The translations under genes and the position numbers were made by a program. DNA of 63,580 bases, the filler included. It is 6 parts of 6 records of this genome, joined end to end, with 100 filler letters (N's around TTAATTAATTAA, not from the genome) between each part and the next. Parts side by side here need not be neighbours in the genome. Positions count along the whole stretch, not along the records: positions 15,529 to 39,714 come from SRR2962707_1361; 5 more parts are not named here. One strand, written 5' to 3'. Below, piece by piece: positions 19,789 through 30,352 of this stretch. The notes beneath the pieces are model-generated. The model saw nothing but the letters and a program-made list of their open reading frames with translations, was not told the DNA's origin and made no database searches. Positions within the stretch are counted from its first letter, which is position 1, and the number at the start of each line of letters is the position of its first letter.

Positions 19789-22203
19789 ATGCTGACATTA
19801 CCCGACTCCTTAAAGGCCTGGTTTGAGTCGCGTGGATGGGAGATTCATCCACATCAGCGAGACATGCTGGAGCGGTCTGATGAACCCGCATTGATGTTGA
19901 TTGCTCCGACAGGCGGCGGCAAAACACTTGCCGGGTTTCTTCCGACATTGGCCGAGTTGGGCGCGACCCCGGAAGAGGGGTTGCATACCTTATATGTCAG
20001 CCCGTTAAAGGCCTTGGCTGCGGATATCAAACGCAATTTACGCACGCCGATCGCAGAAGCCGGGCTGGCCATCCGAGTGGAAGACCGTACGGGCGACACC
20101 TCGGCCCATACAAAACGGCGGCAAAGGGCAGATCCACCACATATTTTGCTGACAACGCCGGAGTCTTTGGCCCTTTTGACAAGCTATGAAGATGCGCCCC
20201 GCATGTTTCGGGGCCTTCAACGGGTAGTCATCGACGAAATCCACGCATTAGCGGAAAGCAAGCGCGGGGATCAGTTGATGCTGGCGCTGGCACGGTTGCA
20301 AAGCCTTTGTCCCAATCTGCGCCGCGTTGGCCTGTCGGCCACGGTTGACGACCCAGCGGCCATTGCCCGGCTGATGGCCCATCATCCCGACCCTTGTGTT
20401 ATCCTAGAGGCCGATCCCGGACCTAACCCTGACATTGCGATGCTGGTCACCGAAGAGGTGCCCCCCTGGTCCGGTGGCGGGGCGGCCTATGCCATTACGG
20501 CTGTGCTGAACGAGGTCAAAAAGCACAAGACAACGCTGATCTTTCACAACACGCGGGCCCAAGCCGAGATCTTTTTCCGTAACCTTTGGCTCGCCAATGA
20601 CGCCTTATTGCCCATAGGCATCCACCATGGATCGCTTGACCGCCAGCAGCGCGAAAAGGTCGAAGCGGCGATGGTCCGCGGCGACCTTCGGGCAATCGTT
20701 TGCACCGGTTCGCTTGATTTGGGTATCGACTGGGGCGACGTGGATCTGGTGATCCAGATTGGGGCTCCCAAAAATGTCAAACGATTGGTTCAAAGGATCG
20801 GCCGCGCCAACCACAGGTATAACGCGCCGTCCAAGGCGCTGCTTGTTCCAGCGAACCGGTTTGAGATTGTCGAATGTGTCGCCGCCTTGGACGCTGTAAA
20901 AGCCCATGATTTGGATGGTGATCCCCGAGGACCCGGCCCCAGAGATGTTTTGTGCCAACATATCTTAATCGCGGCTTGTTCGGGGCCGTTTGACGCCAAG
21001 GCGTTATTTACGGAAATGACAAGTGCCGGGGCGTTTTCCGAATTGTCCCGCGCTGAATTTGATGATTGCCTGACTTTTTGCGCCACCGGTGGGTATGCCT
21101 TGCGCGCCTATGATCAGTGGCAGCGGCTGCTACAACGCCCGGATGGTCAATGGCAATTGCGCGATCCGCGGTCAGCCGCGCGTATCCGGCAGAATATCGG
21201 CACCATTCAGGACACCGACACCCTGCGCGTGAAATGGCGCGGGCGCGGCGGAGGTTCTTTGGGAGAGATCGAGGAGAGTTTTGCCGCGTCATTGACCAAA
21301 GGCGATACTTTTTTGATTGGCGGGCAAATCGTCCGCTATGAAGGCCTTCGTGAAATGGTGGTCGAGGTGACCCGCGACCCCGGACGCAAACCAAAAGTAG
21401 CTACATTTAATGGGACAAAATTTGCCACGTCTACACAGTTGTCACAGCGCATATTGCGCAAGTTTCAGCAAAAGGACTGGCCAGACCTTCCCCAGCATAC
21501 GGCAGAGTGGCTACACTTGCAGCGCGACGTCTCGCGACTGCCCGAGCCCGGCAGATTGTTGATCGAGAGCTTTCCGCATGATGGCCGAGAGCAAATGGTG
21601 GTCTATGGTTTTGCCGGGCGCAATGCGCAGCAGACTTTGGGCCTGCTGCTGACCAAACGCATGGAAGAGATGGGGCTTGCCCCGATGGGTTTTGTCGCCA
21701 CCGACTATGCCACTTTGATCTGGGGTCTGGACGCCGTCATTGACCCCAAACCCCTGTTCGATATCGACGCTTTGGCCGCTGGTCTAGAGGGATGGCTAGT
21801 CGGCAACGCGGTGATGAAGCGAACCTTTCGGGCTTCGGCCACCATCGCAGGACTAATCGAACGAAATCTCAACGGGCAACGCAAGAGCGGGCGTCAGGCC
21901 ACAATGTCCTCTGACATCCTGTATGACACGTTACAAAAATATGACCCCGACCATCTCATGCTCAAGATTACCCGCGAAGAAGCGATGCGCGGGCTCGTTG
22001 ACTTTGCGCGCATTCAAGAATTGGCCGAACGGGTCGAAGGTCGGATAGATCACGTAAAACTGTCGCGCGTGACCCCATTGGCCGCCCCGCTATTTCTGGA
22101 ACAGGGACGTGTGCCCGTCAAAGGGGGGGCGGATGAACGATTGCTGCAAGAGGAAGTGAGCCGTTTGATGCAAGATAGCGGTTTGGCCCAGCTAAACGCT
22201 TAA
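19789..22203 (+). CDS. Ligase-associated DNA damage response DEXH-box helicase (Lhr-core)
   Basis: APTGGGKT, SPLKAL, TTPESL, DEIH, GLSAT, HHGSL, SLDLGID, QRIGRANHR. Confidence 0.93.
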   Translation: MLTLPDSLKAWFESRGWEIHPHQRDMLERSDEPALMLIAPTGGGKTLAGFLPTLAELGATPEEGLHTLYVSPLKALAADIKRNLRTPIAEAGLAIRVEDRTGDTSAHTKRRQRADPPHILLTTPESLALLTSYEDAPRMFRGLQRVVIDEIHALAESKRGDQLMLALARLQSLCPNLRRVGLSATVDDPAAIARLMAHHPDPCVILEADPGPNPDIAMLVTEEVPPWSGGGAAYAITAVLNEVKKHKTTLIFHNTRAQAEIFFRNLWLANDALLPIGIHHGSLDRQQREKVEAAMVRGDLRAIVCTGSLDLGIDWGDVDLVIQIGAPKNVKRLVQRIGRANHRYNAPSKALLVPANRFEIVECVAALDAVKAHDLDGDPRGPGPRDVLCQHILIAACSGPFDAKALFTEMTSAGAFSELSRAEFDDCLTFCATGGYALRAYDQWQRLLQRPDGQWQLRDPRSAARIRQNIGTIQDTDTLRVKWRGRGGGSLGEIEESFAASLTKGDTFLIGGQIVRYEGLREMVVEVTRDPGRKPKVATFNGTKFATSTQLSQRILRKFQQKDWPDLPQHTAEWLHLQRDVSRLPEPGRLLIESFPHDGREQMVVYGFAGRNAQQTLGLLLTKRMEEMGLAPMGFVATDYATLIWGLDAVIDPKPLFDIDALAAGLEGWLVGNAVMKRTFRASATIAGLIERNLNGQRKSGRQATMSSDILYDTLQKYDPDHLMLKITREEAMRGLVDFARIQELAERVEGRIDHVKLSRVTPLAAPLFLEQGRVPVKGGADERLLQEEVSRLMQDSGLAQLNA

Positions 22204-22282
22204 ACCTGACCCCACATCGTTCACCCGTTTCTTCACGCGTGGCAGGCCAAACCCTCTTGCATGGGAACGGTGTTTGCCGCAA

Positions 22283-22297
22283 GAACAAGCCATGAAC
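22283..22297 (+). promoter_or_regulatory. LexA (SOS) box overlapping the pdeM start codon
   Basis: GAAC-AAGCCAT-GAAC is a perfect GAAC-N7-GAAC; the ATG at 22292-22294 lies inside it. Confidence 0.75.
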
Positions 22298-22969
22298 ATA
22301 CACAAGTTTTCATTCAAAGGCACAGCCCTGTCTGCGTTGCCCACGGGCGCGCTCTTCTGGCACGACGAAAGCTTGTTGGTTGTCTCAGATCTTCATTTGG
22401 GCAAAGCCGCGCGGTTTGCCCAGCAGGGCGGTGCGATGCTGCCCCCGTACGAAGCCCGCGACACACTGCAACGATTGGCAAATGACTTACAAGCGACCCA
22501 TGCAAAGCGCGTGATTTGTCTGGGAGACAGCTTTGATTCACCGGAACTTGGCCTTGCCCTTCCGAAAGAGGACCGACTTTGGATTACCAGCCTTCAGGCC
22601 GGTCGAGATTGGACCTGGATAGAAGGCAACCATGATCCCGGCCCGGTCGATTTGGGTGGCGGTCATTTGGCCGAACTCTCTGTTGGGCCTTTAGTGTTTC
22701 GGCATATCGCAGAGCCGCACAGTTCGGGCGAGATCTCAGGCCATTATCACCCCAAGGCCAGCCTATCTGTCCGGGGGCGAACATTTAGCAGACCTTGCTT
22801 CTTGGTGGATTTAGATCGCCTGATCCTGCCTGCCTATGGCACCTACACTGGGGGGCTGCGCTGCACGTCACCGGCGCTGACCAATTTGATGGCGGCAGAT
22901 GCGCAAGCCATCCTGATCGGCCCGTCGCCCATCGCCATTCCAATGCCACGGTCGGGAAGCGGCGGTTAA
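22292..22969 (+). CDS. pdeM: Ligase-associated DNA damage response metallophosphoesterase/endonuclease
   Basis: SDLHLGK, LPPYE, LGDSF, GNHD, GHYHPK, LPAYGTYTGG; directly downstream of the Lhr-core helicase. Confidence 0.9.
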   Translation: MNIHKFSFKGTALSALPTGALFWHDESLLVVSDLHLGKAARFAQQGGAMLPPYEARDTLQRLANDLQATHAKRVICLGDSFDSPELGLALPKEDRLWITSLQAGRDWTWIEGNHDPGPVDLGGGHLAELSVGPLVFRHIAEPHSSGEISGHYHPKASLSVRGRTFSRPCFLVDLDRLILPAYGTYTGGLRCTSPALTNLMAADAQAILIGPSPIAIPMPRSGSGG

Positions 22970-23748
22970 GCCCCGGTCACCAAACGGTCGACCATAAGCC
23001 CAGCGGCTTTCGCGGCGTCCCGATAGCCTCGGCTGATTGGAACTTCGACACCGTCGCTCATCTCGACAAAGTCGCGACCATTGCGGCGGTGATGTCGAAG
23101 GACACCATCCAGGGCCACCCAATGGGAGCGATGGACCCGAAGCCCATTCGCCCCGGCCAACGCCTCAACGGCGTCTGCCATGCGAAGTAATATCAACGTA
23201 CTACCGCGCTGCGTCGTTACATTGAGATAATGGTCCTGAGCTTCGATCCGGACCAAAGGACCCCGTTTGTCAAAAGGTAAGAGCTTTAGGAACTTGTCTT
23301 CTGGCCCACCTGATAGCTGGTCCGAACTGGAGGACGGCGCGGTCTCAGGCCGGTTTAACAGCCAAATTCCGGCCTCAACTATCAAACTGACCCCGACTAC
23401 CAGCGCCAATAGGTAGGAAAAAGTGCCAAACGATACCCAATTGTCAAAAACCAATTGGTTCAGGCCCATAATGAAAAGGGCCAACCCCAATAGATTGACT
23501 GTTCTGAGCGCTGCATATTTACCGAAGCTCATTTTGCCACGTTGATGGCCCACCCAAACGCTGCTCCCGACAGAGACGCCCGAGATGACCGCCCAGTAAA
23601 CCAACAACGCCACCGGGCCCAACGCTTCATAGGTCCCAAATGGCCCGGTAATCCCGGCTAAGGTCGAGGTCAGACCCCATAGACCAAAAGCAATCTTGTT
23701 CTTGTGCAGAAAACCCGATCTCAACGGTCTGAAACCTTTCTTTACCAT
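22966..23748 (-). CDS. Membrane-anchored LytTR DNA-binding protein
   Basis: About four hydrophobic segments with GPFGTY, then IEAQDHYLNV...GLRVHRSHWVA...VPISR (LytTR domain); no receiver domain. Confidence 0.88.
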   Translation of the reverse strand: MVKKGFRPLRSGFLHKNKIAFGLWGLTSTLAGITGPFGTYEALGPVALLVYWAVISGVSVGSSVWVGHQRGKMSFGKYAALRTVNLLGLALFIMGLNQLVFDNWVSFGTFSYLLALVVGVSLIVEAGIWLLNRPETAPSSSSDQLSGGPEDKFLKLLPFDKRGPLVRIEAQDHYLNVTTQRGSTLILLRMADAVEALAGANGLRVHRSHWVALDGVLRHHRRNGRDFVEMSDGVEVPISRGYRDAAKAAGLMVDRLVTGA

Positions 23749-23774
23749 TCACGAGGATTCCGTGTCATTCACGA
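23746..23774. promoter_or_regulatory. Direct repeat CATTCACGA-N11-CATTCACGA, candidate LytTR operator
   Basis: Exact 9-mers at 23746-23754 and 23766-23774 between the divergent LytTR and DUF2306 genes. Confidence 0.6.
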
Positions 23775-23844
23775 AAACCCTTTTGCTTTAAGCATGATAC
23801 ACCTTCAGCAATTGGGAAACATTGATTTTCCGAGGTCCATCCCC

Positions 23845-24243
23845 ATGACACTGTCTCCCCTCTTAACCGCGTCTCTCGCTATACAACTCCATGCCCTTTT
23901 TGCCCTTGCCCTCGTTCTGCTGACCGCGGCCATTTTCATGATCCCACGCGGGAAAACAGCGCACCGGGTGCTTGGGTGGACTTGGGTCATCGGAATGGGA
24001 ATTGTCGCAGTTAGCAGTTTCTGGATTTCAGAGATCCGGGTCTTCGGCCCCTTCAGCTATATCCACATCCTGTCAGTGACCACCTTAATAGGATTGGTGG
24101 TCGCCGTCCGAGCAGCCCGAAACCATCAAGTCGCGAAACACCGTACAATCATGAAACGGATCGCTTTCGGTGCGCTTGTCGTTGCAGGGGGGTTCACCTT
24201 CCTACCGGGACGTATCATGTTTCAGATCGTCACCGGCAGTTAA
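23845..24243 (+). CDS. DUF2306-type membrane protein
   Basis: IQLHA, RGKTAHRVLGWTW, SSFWI, GPFSYIHILS, HRTIM, FTFLPGRIM; ATG 23845 after GAGG. Confidence 0.82.
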   Translation: MTLSPLLTASLAIQLHALFALALVLLTAAIFMIPRGKTAHRVLGWTWVIGMGIVAVSSFWISEIRVFGPFSYIHILSVTTLIGLVVAVRAARNHQVAKHRTIMKRIAFGALVVAGGFTFLPGRIMFQIVTGS

Positions 24244-24250
24244 CAGGCAC

Positions 24251-25153
24251 TTATGCGGTCAGGCCTTCCGGCTCAGCAAGGCCATGTGCCCGGCAACAGG
24301 CAGTGACCGTGTTGGCCAGAAGACAGGCAATCGTCATGGGACCAACTCCCCCGGGAACCGGAGTGATCGCGCTCGCAACGTCTGCACAGCTGCCAAAGTC
24401 ACAATCACCGACAAGCCGTGTCTTTCCCTCACCCCGTTCCGGCGCGTCCAAACGATTGATGCCCACATCAATCACAACGGCGCCGGGTTTGATCCAATCG
24501 CCTGTGACCATTTCGGGCCGACCCACCGCCGCAATGACAATATCCGCCTGGCGTACGACAGAGGGCAAATCCTGAGTCCGGGAATGCGCAATGGTCACCG
24601 TACAATTGTCTTTCAGCAACAATTGCGCCACCGGCTTTCCGACAAGGTTCGAACGGCCAATCACAACAGCTGACTTCCCGGACAAAGATCCCAGATGATC
24701 CCGCAGAAGCATCAAACATCCCAGCGGCGTACAGGACACCAGGGTTTTTTGTCCCGAGGCCAACAAGCCCGCATTCACAACATGCAGCCCATCAACATCC
24801 TTGGCCGGATCGATCTGCGCCACAATGTCCGTTTCGCTCAAATGATCGGGAACAGGAAATTGACACAAGATGCCATGCACAGCGGGATCAGTATTCAGCT
24901 TGGCCAGCAACGCGTAAAGCGTGTCCTTGGACACATCAGCGGGCAACTTATGCTCGAAAGAGTTCATCCCGACTTCGATTGTCTGTCGGCCCTTGTTACG
25001 CACATAAACTTCACTGGCCGGATCTTCGCCAACCATGACCACGGCCAAACCCGGGCTGATGCCATGCGCCGATTTCAGGCGTTCTACATGTTGCGCCACC
25101 TGCGCACGCACTTTGGCGGCAAAGGCTTTTCCGTCGATGATTTGGGCTGTCAT
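24251..25153 (-). CDS. folD: Methylene-THF dehydrogenase/cyclohydrolase
   Basis: [41 protein letters not shown]; start ATG 25153. Confidence 0.95.
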   Translation of the reverse strand: MTAQIIDGKAFAAKVRAQVAQHVERLKSAHGISPGLAVVMVGEDPASEVYVRNKGRQTIEVGMNSFEHKLPADVSKDTLYALLAKLNTDPAVHGILCQFPVPDHLSETDIVAQIDPAKDVDGLHVVNAGLLASGQKTLVSCTPLGCLMLLRDHLGSLSGKSAVVIGRSNLVGKPVAQLLLKDNCTVTIAHSRTQDLPSVVRQADIVIAAVGRPEMVTGDWIKPGAVVIDVGINRLDAPERGEGKTRLVGDCDFGSCADVASAITPVPGGVGPMTIACLLANTVTACCRAHGLAEPEGLTA

Positions 25154-25215
25154 CCGTCCTGTCCTCTCAAACAAACTGCGGCTTTGCGCTAACAGCATTC
25201 GCCAGAATGGGCAAT

Positions 25216-25250
25216 CGCGCCCCCTTCATCTTTCTCCAAATACTCCCGCC
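25216..25250 (-). repeat. Intergenic repeat element (partial copy 2)
   Basis: Reverse complement GGCGGGAGTATTTGGAGAAAGATGAAGGGGGCGCG resembles the right half of the 19680-19752 element. Confidence 0.5.
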
Positions 25251-25317
25251 AGCGGCAAAGCCACAGCCCGAACGTCGGCCAAAGACGAAAAACATCGCAA
25301 TTGGCCGACGGTCAAAT

Positions 25318-26994
25318 TTAAAACAGGCCTTCGATTTGCCCCGCATCATTCAGACAAATCGCTTCCGCAGACGGTACGCGTGGCAAGCCAGGCATGGTCA
25401 TAATCTCTCCGCAGATCACAACGATAAATCCCGCCCCGGCCGACAACCGCACTTCCCGAACCGGTAAAGTATGCCCTTCCGGCGCGCCGCGTAATGTCGG
25501 ATCGGTGGAAAAGGAATACTGCGTTTTGGCCATGCAAACCGGCAAATTGCCATAGCCCTGTTCTTCCCATTCCCGCAGTTGATCCCGGATCTTCTTATCC
25601 GCGATCACCTCGCCTGCATGGTAGATCTTGGTCGCAATCCGTTCGATTTTTTGGAACAGCGGCATATCATCCGGATAAAGCGGTGCAAACTGAGACCTAT
25701 CCCCATCCGCAATTTCAGCCACCCGCCGGGCAAGAGCTTCAGAGCCTTTAGACCCATCAGCCCAGTGCTTAGAAAGAATGGCTTCAGATCCTTGCGAGAC
25801 CACATAGTCCATTACGGCCTGAACCTCAGCGTCGCTGTCGCCCGAAAAGTGGTTAATCGCCACAACAACCGGCACGCCAAAGGATTTCAAATTGGCGATA
25901 TGACGCCCCAAGTTTGGGCAGCCTTTGTTCACGGCGGCAACGTCTTCTGCGCCAAGGTCTTCCTTAGCGACACCGCCATTCATTTTCATCGCACGCACTG
26001 TTGCCACCAGAACCACGCAATCCGGCGCCAGCCCGGCTTTGCGACATTTGATGTTCATGAATTTTTCGGCACCAAGATCAGCGCCAAAACCGGCTTCTGT
26101 CACGACATAATCTGCGATCTTCAAAGCAGTTGTCGTCGCAATGACAGAGTTACACCCGTGCGCAATATTCGCAAATGGACCACCGTGAACAAAAGCCGGA
26201 TTGTTTTCCAAGGTCTGCACAAGATTGGGCTGCATCGCGTCTTTGAGCAGCACGGTCATCGCGCCATCTGCCTTGATGTCGCGTGCATAAACGGGGGACC
26301 GATCCCGACGATAAGCAACAATCATGTCACCAAGCCGTTTCTGCAAGTCCTGTAAGTCCGTTGCTAGGCAAAGGATCGCCATAACTTCCGATGCTACGGT
26401 AATGTCAAAACCCGACTGTCGCGGAAACCCGTTGGGCACGCCGCCAAGGCTGGTCACAACGTCGCGCAAAGCACGGTCATTCATGTCCAGAACCCGCCGC
26501 CACACCACGCGCCGTGTGTCGATCTCCAACGCGTTGCCCCAATAGATATGATTATCGACCATCGCGGACAACAGGTTATGGGCGCTGGTGATTGCGTGGA
26601 AATCGCCGGTGAAATGGAGGTTCATATCCTCCATCGGGACAATCTGTGCATAACCGCCGCCTGCCGCGCCGCCCTTCATCCCAAAATTTGGCCCAAGAGA
26701 GGCTTCGCGAATGCAAATTGCAGCCTTTTTACCGATCGCGTTCAAACCGTCCCCAAGACCAACAGTGGTTGTGGTTTTGCCTTCGCCAGCAGGGGTAGGG
26801 TTAATCGCCGTCACAAGGATCAGTTTGCCATTGTCACGTGTCTGAATCGAATTGATAAATTCCTGACTAACTTTGGCTTTGTCATGCCCGTAGGGCAACA
26901 GGTGCTCAGAGCCGATATCCAGCTTTGCCCCTATTTCCTGAATCGGCTTTTTGTTTGCCTCCCTGGCAATCTCGATATCCGTTTTAAACCCCAT
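25318..26994 (-). CDS. fhs: Formate--tetrahydrofolate ligase
   Basis: [49 protein letters not shown]. Confidence 0.97.
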   Translation of the reverse strand: MGFKTDIEIAREANKKPIQEIGAKLDIGSEHLLPYGHDKAKVSQEFINSIQTRDNGKLILVTAINPTPAGEGKTTTTVGLGDGLNAIGKKAAICIREASLGPNFGMKGGAAGGGYAQIVPMEDMNLHFTGDFHAITSAHNLLSAMVDNHIYWGNALEIDTRRVVWRRVLDMNDRALRDVVTSLGGVPNGFPRQSGFDITVASEVMAILCLATDLQDLQKRLGDMIVAYRRDRSPVYARDIKADGAMTVLLKDAMQPNLVQTLENNPAFVHGGPFANIAHGCNSVIATTTALKIADYVVTEAGFGADLGAEKFMNIKCRKAGLAPDCVVLVATVRAMKMNGGVAKEDLGAEDVAAVNKGCPNLGRHIANLKSFGVPVVVAINHFSGDSDAEVQAVMDYVVSQGSEAILSKHWADGSKGSEALARRVAEIADGDRSQFAPLYPDDMPLFQKIERIATKIYHAGEVIADKKIRDQLREWEEQGYGNLPVCMAKTQYSFSTDPTLRGAPEGHTLPVREVRLSAGAGFIVVICGEIMTMPGLPRVPSAEAICLNDAGQIEGLF

Positions 26995-27245
26995 ATGCTC
27001 GCTCCCAGATCCTACGGTTCTTTCTCATGCCTTATGCTTACCGTGCCTGTCAGCAGACAAAGACGGCATTTCCGACCTTTCCGAGGAGAGTTGCGTCGAA
27101 TAGCGGTTACAGGGGCTATGATCGGAAACTGCCGTCTTTCGACGGTGCGCCACTGCATAAGCAGCATGTTTTGAGTTTGGGTTGTCTTACGGTTACTGTA
27201 TTCCGGCCCAGATATGGGCCAGAACACAAGGCTGACCGCCCGAAC

Positions 27246-27845
27246 TTAAGATTTTCGAGCCTCATCCAAGCAGGCCCAAATGGGTTGATCCGGAACATGC
27301 AAAGTTAACGTGTCCCCGACCTTTAACTGGCCACCTCGTTCAACCCAGGCTGTCACGCCTCTGACGTTTTGCGCAGCAGTTTTGAATAGCTTTCCAAACC
27401 CTGGGTGTTCGATCTCAATCTCGCGTCCGGGGAGAACACATGGCCGGTTTTCCATGTCGATAACAAGGGTTGTACCATTCTCAGCCTGCAACCGCGACGA
27501 AGGCGGCACATGAGAAAAATCCGGAATCCCTTTGACCAGCATAGAAATGCCAAGCCATTCTGGCTTTAGCGTTTCCAATCCCATTTTCTTAGCGATCTGC
27601 TGCATCTCTTCGACAGACATAACGGCCAGTTGGCGCGCATTTGCAATTTCTGTATTCCGAGGATGCTGGCTAAGAACACGGCTGCATGATGGGCGGGTCA
27701 GGCCAGAATGGCGCTCTCCGACGATACCTGCGAAATCAAGATCGATCGCATCGGCCTGTGCGGATCGAAGACCCTTGCTCGCGTCTGGCACCCGGCCAAC
27801 CCAGTGAATGTCAGCCTTGAATGATGTGAGGCGTAATGCCGGCAT
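27246..27845 (-). CDS. MOSC domain protein
   Basis: GIVGERHSG...RQL...ENRPCVLPG...RGVTAWVERGG pattern; sits between ftsH and fhs. Confidence 0.8.
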   Translation of the reverse strand: MPALRLTSFKADIHWVGRVPDASKGLRSAQADAIDLDFAGIVGERHSGLTRPSCSRVLSQHPRNTEIANARQLAVMSVEEMQQIAKKMGLETLKPEWLGISMLVKGIPDFSHVPPSSRLQAENGTTLVIDMENRPCVLPGREIEIEHPGFGKLFKTAAQNVRGVTAWVERGGQLKVGDTLTLHVPDQPIWACLDEARKS

Positions 27846-28261
27846 TTCGAATTATCCTATAATAGTCGGTCCTTTTAGACCTGTCCCAGACCGCCGCGTC
27901 AAATCAACTATCGTGAAAGAACCTGTCACGGAAATTCATGCCAAATTCACTGTATTGTTTGAAACAATAGAAAGTGCTCCCCGAGGATTTTGACCTATTT
28001 ACGTCAAACAGGTGCACAAAATTCGAAAACGCCGTTTCAATGGGCAATACCCAATCAACCCCAAGAGCTTAGAAGACAAGAACACGTGGATCAAAGCACA
28101 GCAAGAAACCGTTTTTGCCTCAGAACTCCATTTCGTTTCGTCAACGGCCTGAAGCTGCATCTATGACAAAGCAAGGCATTCCGCTGCGATATTGAACGTC
28201 GTTGCTGCACGCCCCGAGGGCTTTCACCCTATGACTGGATAAAGCACGGTCTTCAAAACAG

Positions 28262-28286
28262 AAAAGGGCCGGAAAAATCCGGCCCC
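28262..28286 (-). terminator. Terminator after ftsH
   Basis: GGGCCGGA-AAAA-TCCGGCCC stem; U-tail on the minus strand. Confidence 0.75.
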
Positions 28287-28310
28287 ATGTCGCTCTCAAT
28301 TCTCGTAGGT

Positions 28311-30233
28311 TTACGCGGTGGGTTCCGGTTCCAACCCAGCGTCGCCCTTTGGCTTACCTTTAGGTTTGGTTTTTGGAACCGCCGTCAGGCTTGGCGTGTC
28401 GCCTTCTGCATCGCCATCATCATCACCACTGGAATGGGGCGGCTCGCCTTTGACAACGCGTTTGATCTCATCACCAGTCAGTGTTTCGTACTCAAGCAGA
28501 CCCTCAGCAAGACGTTCCCATTCATCCTTTTTATCGGTAAGAATTTGGAATGCCCGGTCATAGCCGTTTTGTACAAAGGTGCGAACTTCTTCTTCGATTG
28601 TCTCTTTGGTATGCGCCGAAACCGAGAAGCCCGCCGTATTCCCTTGATAACCTTCATGGGCTTCAGAATAGTCGATGTTACCGACTTTGTCGGACATGCC
28701 CCAACGCAGGACCATGGCACGCGCCAAGGCCGAAGCTTGTTGGATATCGCCCGCCGGGCCGTTCGAGACGTTTTCTTCACCATATTTGATGATTTCAGCC
28801 GCTTTACCCGCCATCGTCATGGCAAGCTTTTCCTCGCACTCTGATTTGTGCCAGTTCAAACGGTCGATTTCCGGTAAAGACACAACCATACCCAACGCAC
28901 CGCCGCGTGGGATAATCGTCGCTTTGTACACAGGATCACATTGCGGCAGCTCAATCCCAACAATGGCATGACCCGCTTCGTGATACGCGGTCTTTTCTTT
29001 TTGCTCGCCAGTTAGAACCATCGAACGCCGCTCTGCGCCCATCATGACCTTGTCCTTGGCGTTTTCGAAATCATCCATCGTCACAAAGCGACGGCCGATA
29101 CGCGCCGCCATCAACGCAGCTTCGTTCACCAGATTCGCAAGATCCGCACCGGAAAATCCGGGTGTCCCGCGGGCGATCAAACGCAGATCAACGTCAGGAC
29201 CAAGGGGCGTTTTGCGTGCGTGAACACCCAAAATCTTTTCACGGCCTTTGATATCCGGGTTCGGAACCGTCACGGTCCGGTCAAAACGACCCGGACGCAG
29301 CAACGCAGGATCAAGCACGTCACGGCGGTTTGTCGCCGCCAGAATGATCACACCCTCGTTGGCTTCAAAACCATCCATTTCCACCAAGAGCTGGTTCAAA
29401 GTCTGTTCGCGTTCATCATTGCCACCGCCATAGCCTGAACCACGGTTCCGACCAACGGCATCGATTTCATCGATAAAGACGATACAAGGGGCGTTCTTTT
29501 TGGCCTGTTCGAACATGTCCCGGACACGGCTTGCGCCCACACCGACGAACATTTCAACAAAGTCCGAACCGGAGATCGTAAAGAAGGGAACACCGGCTTC
29601 GCCGGCAATCGCCCGCGCCAGCAACGTTTTACCAGTACCAGGAGGGCCAACCAACAAGGCCCCTTTTGGAATCTTGCCACCAAGACGCGAGAATTTCTGC
29701 GGGTTGCGCAAGAATTCAACGATTTCTTCCAGCTCTTCCTTGGCTTCATCGATACCGGCGACATCGTCAAACGTCACCCGACCATGTTTTTCGGTCAGCA
29801 ATTTCGCTTTGGACTTACCAAAGCCCATTGCGCCACCTTTTCCGCCGCCCTGCATGCGGTTCATGAAGTAGATCCAAACACCGATCAGCAACAAGAACGG
29901 CAGCAATGACATCAGAAAGGTCTGGAACCCTGATTGTTGCTGTTGCTCTGCGCGCAGCGGAATGTTTTCGTCGATCAAGAGCTGAGTCAACTCAGCATCC
30001 GACGGCTTGATCGTCATATAGTCATTGCCATCAGCGCTGCGAAAGCGAACCTGTTCTCCGTCTAGTGTGACCGAAGTGACCGTGTCATCCTGAACAGCCC
30101 GGACAAATTCCGAATAGCTGATTTCGCGGCTTTGCAAAGTGGTGCTACCACCGCTGAACAGGTTGAACAAAGCCATGATCAGCAGGAACAGAACGACCCA
30201 GAAGGCGATATTGCGTGCGTTGCCCAACGACAT
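28311..30233 (-). CDS. ftsH: ATP-dependent zinc metalloprotease FtsH
   Basis: Two TM segments, [29 protein letters not shown]. Confidence 0.98.
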   Translation of the reverse strand: MSLGNARNIAFWVVLFLLIMALFNLFSGGSTTLQSREISYSEFVRAVQDDTVTSVTLDGEQVRFRSADGNDYMTIKPSDAELTQLLIDENIPLRAEQQQQSGFQTFLMSLLPFLLLIGVWIYFMNRMQGGGKGGAMGFGKSKAKLLTEKHGRVTFDDVAGIDEAKEELEEIVEFLRNPQKFSRLGGKIPKGALLVGPPGTGKTLLARAIAGEAGVPFFTISGSDFVEMFVGVGASRVRDMFEQAKKNAPCIVFIDEIDAVGRNRGSGYGGGNDEREQTLNQLLVEMDGFEANEGVIILAATNRRDVLDPALLRPGRFDRTVTVPNPDIKGREKILGVHARKTPLGPDVDLRLIARGTPGFSGADLANLVNEAALMAARIGRRFVTMDDFENAKDKVMMGAERRSMVLTGEQKEKTAYHEAGHAIVGIELPQCDPVYKATIIPRGGALGMVVSLPEIDRLNWHKSECEEKLAMTMAGKAAEIIKYGEENVSNGPAGDIQQASALARAMVLRWGMSDKVGNIDYSEAHEGYQGNTAGFSVSAHTKETIEEEVRTFVQNGYDRAFQILTDKKDEWERLAEGLLEYETLTGDEIKRVVKGEPPHSSGDDDGDAEGDTPSLTAVPKTKPKGKPKGDAGLEPEPTA

Positions 30234-30352
30234 TCTCCTGAAAAAACTTAAACCCCGCCCTGTGGCGAGTGTTGGCCTGTAACATAGACATCAAAGCGCG
30301 CGGTTCAATGCGAAAGCGCCAAAGTCTTGGTCTAGGCAGGCAAAAGACAGGC

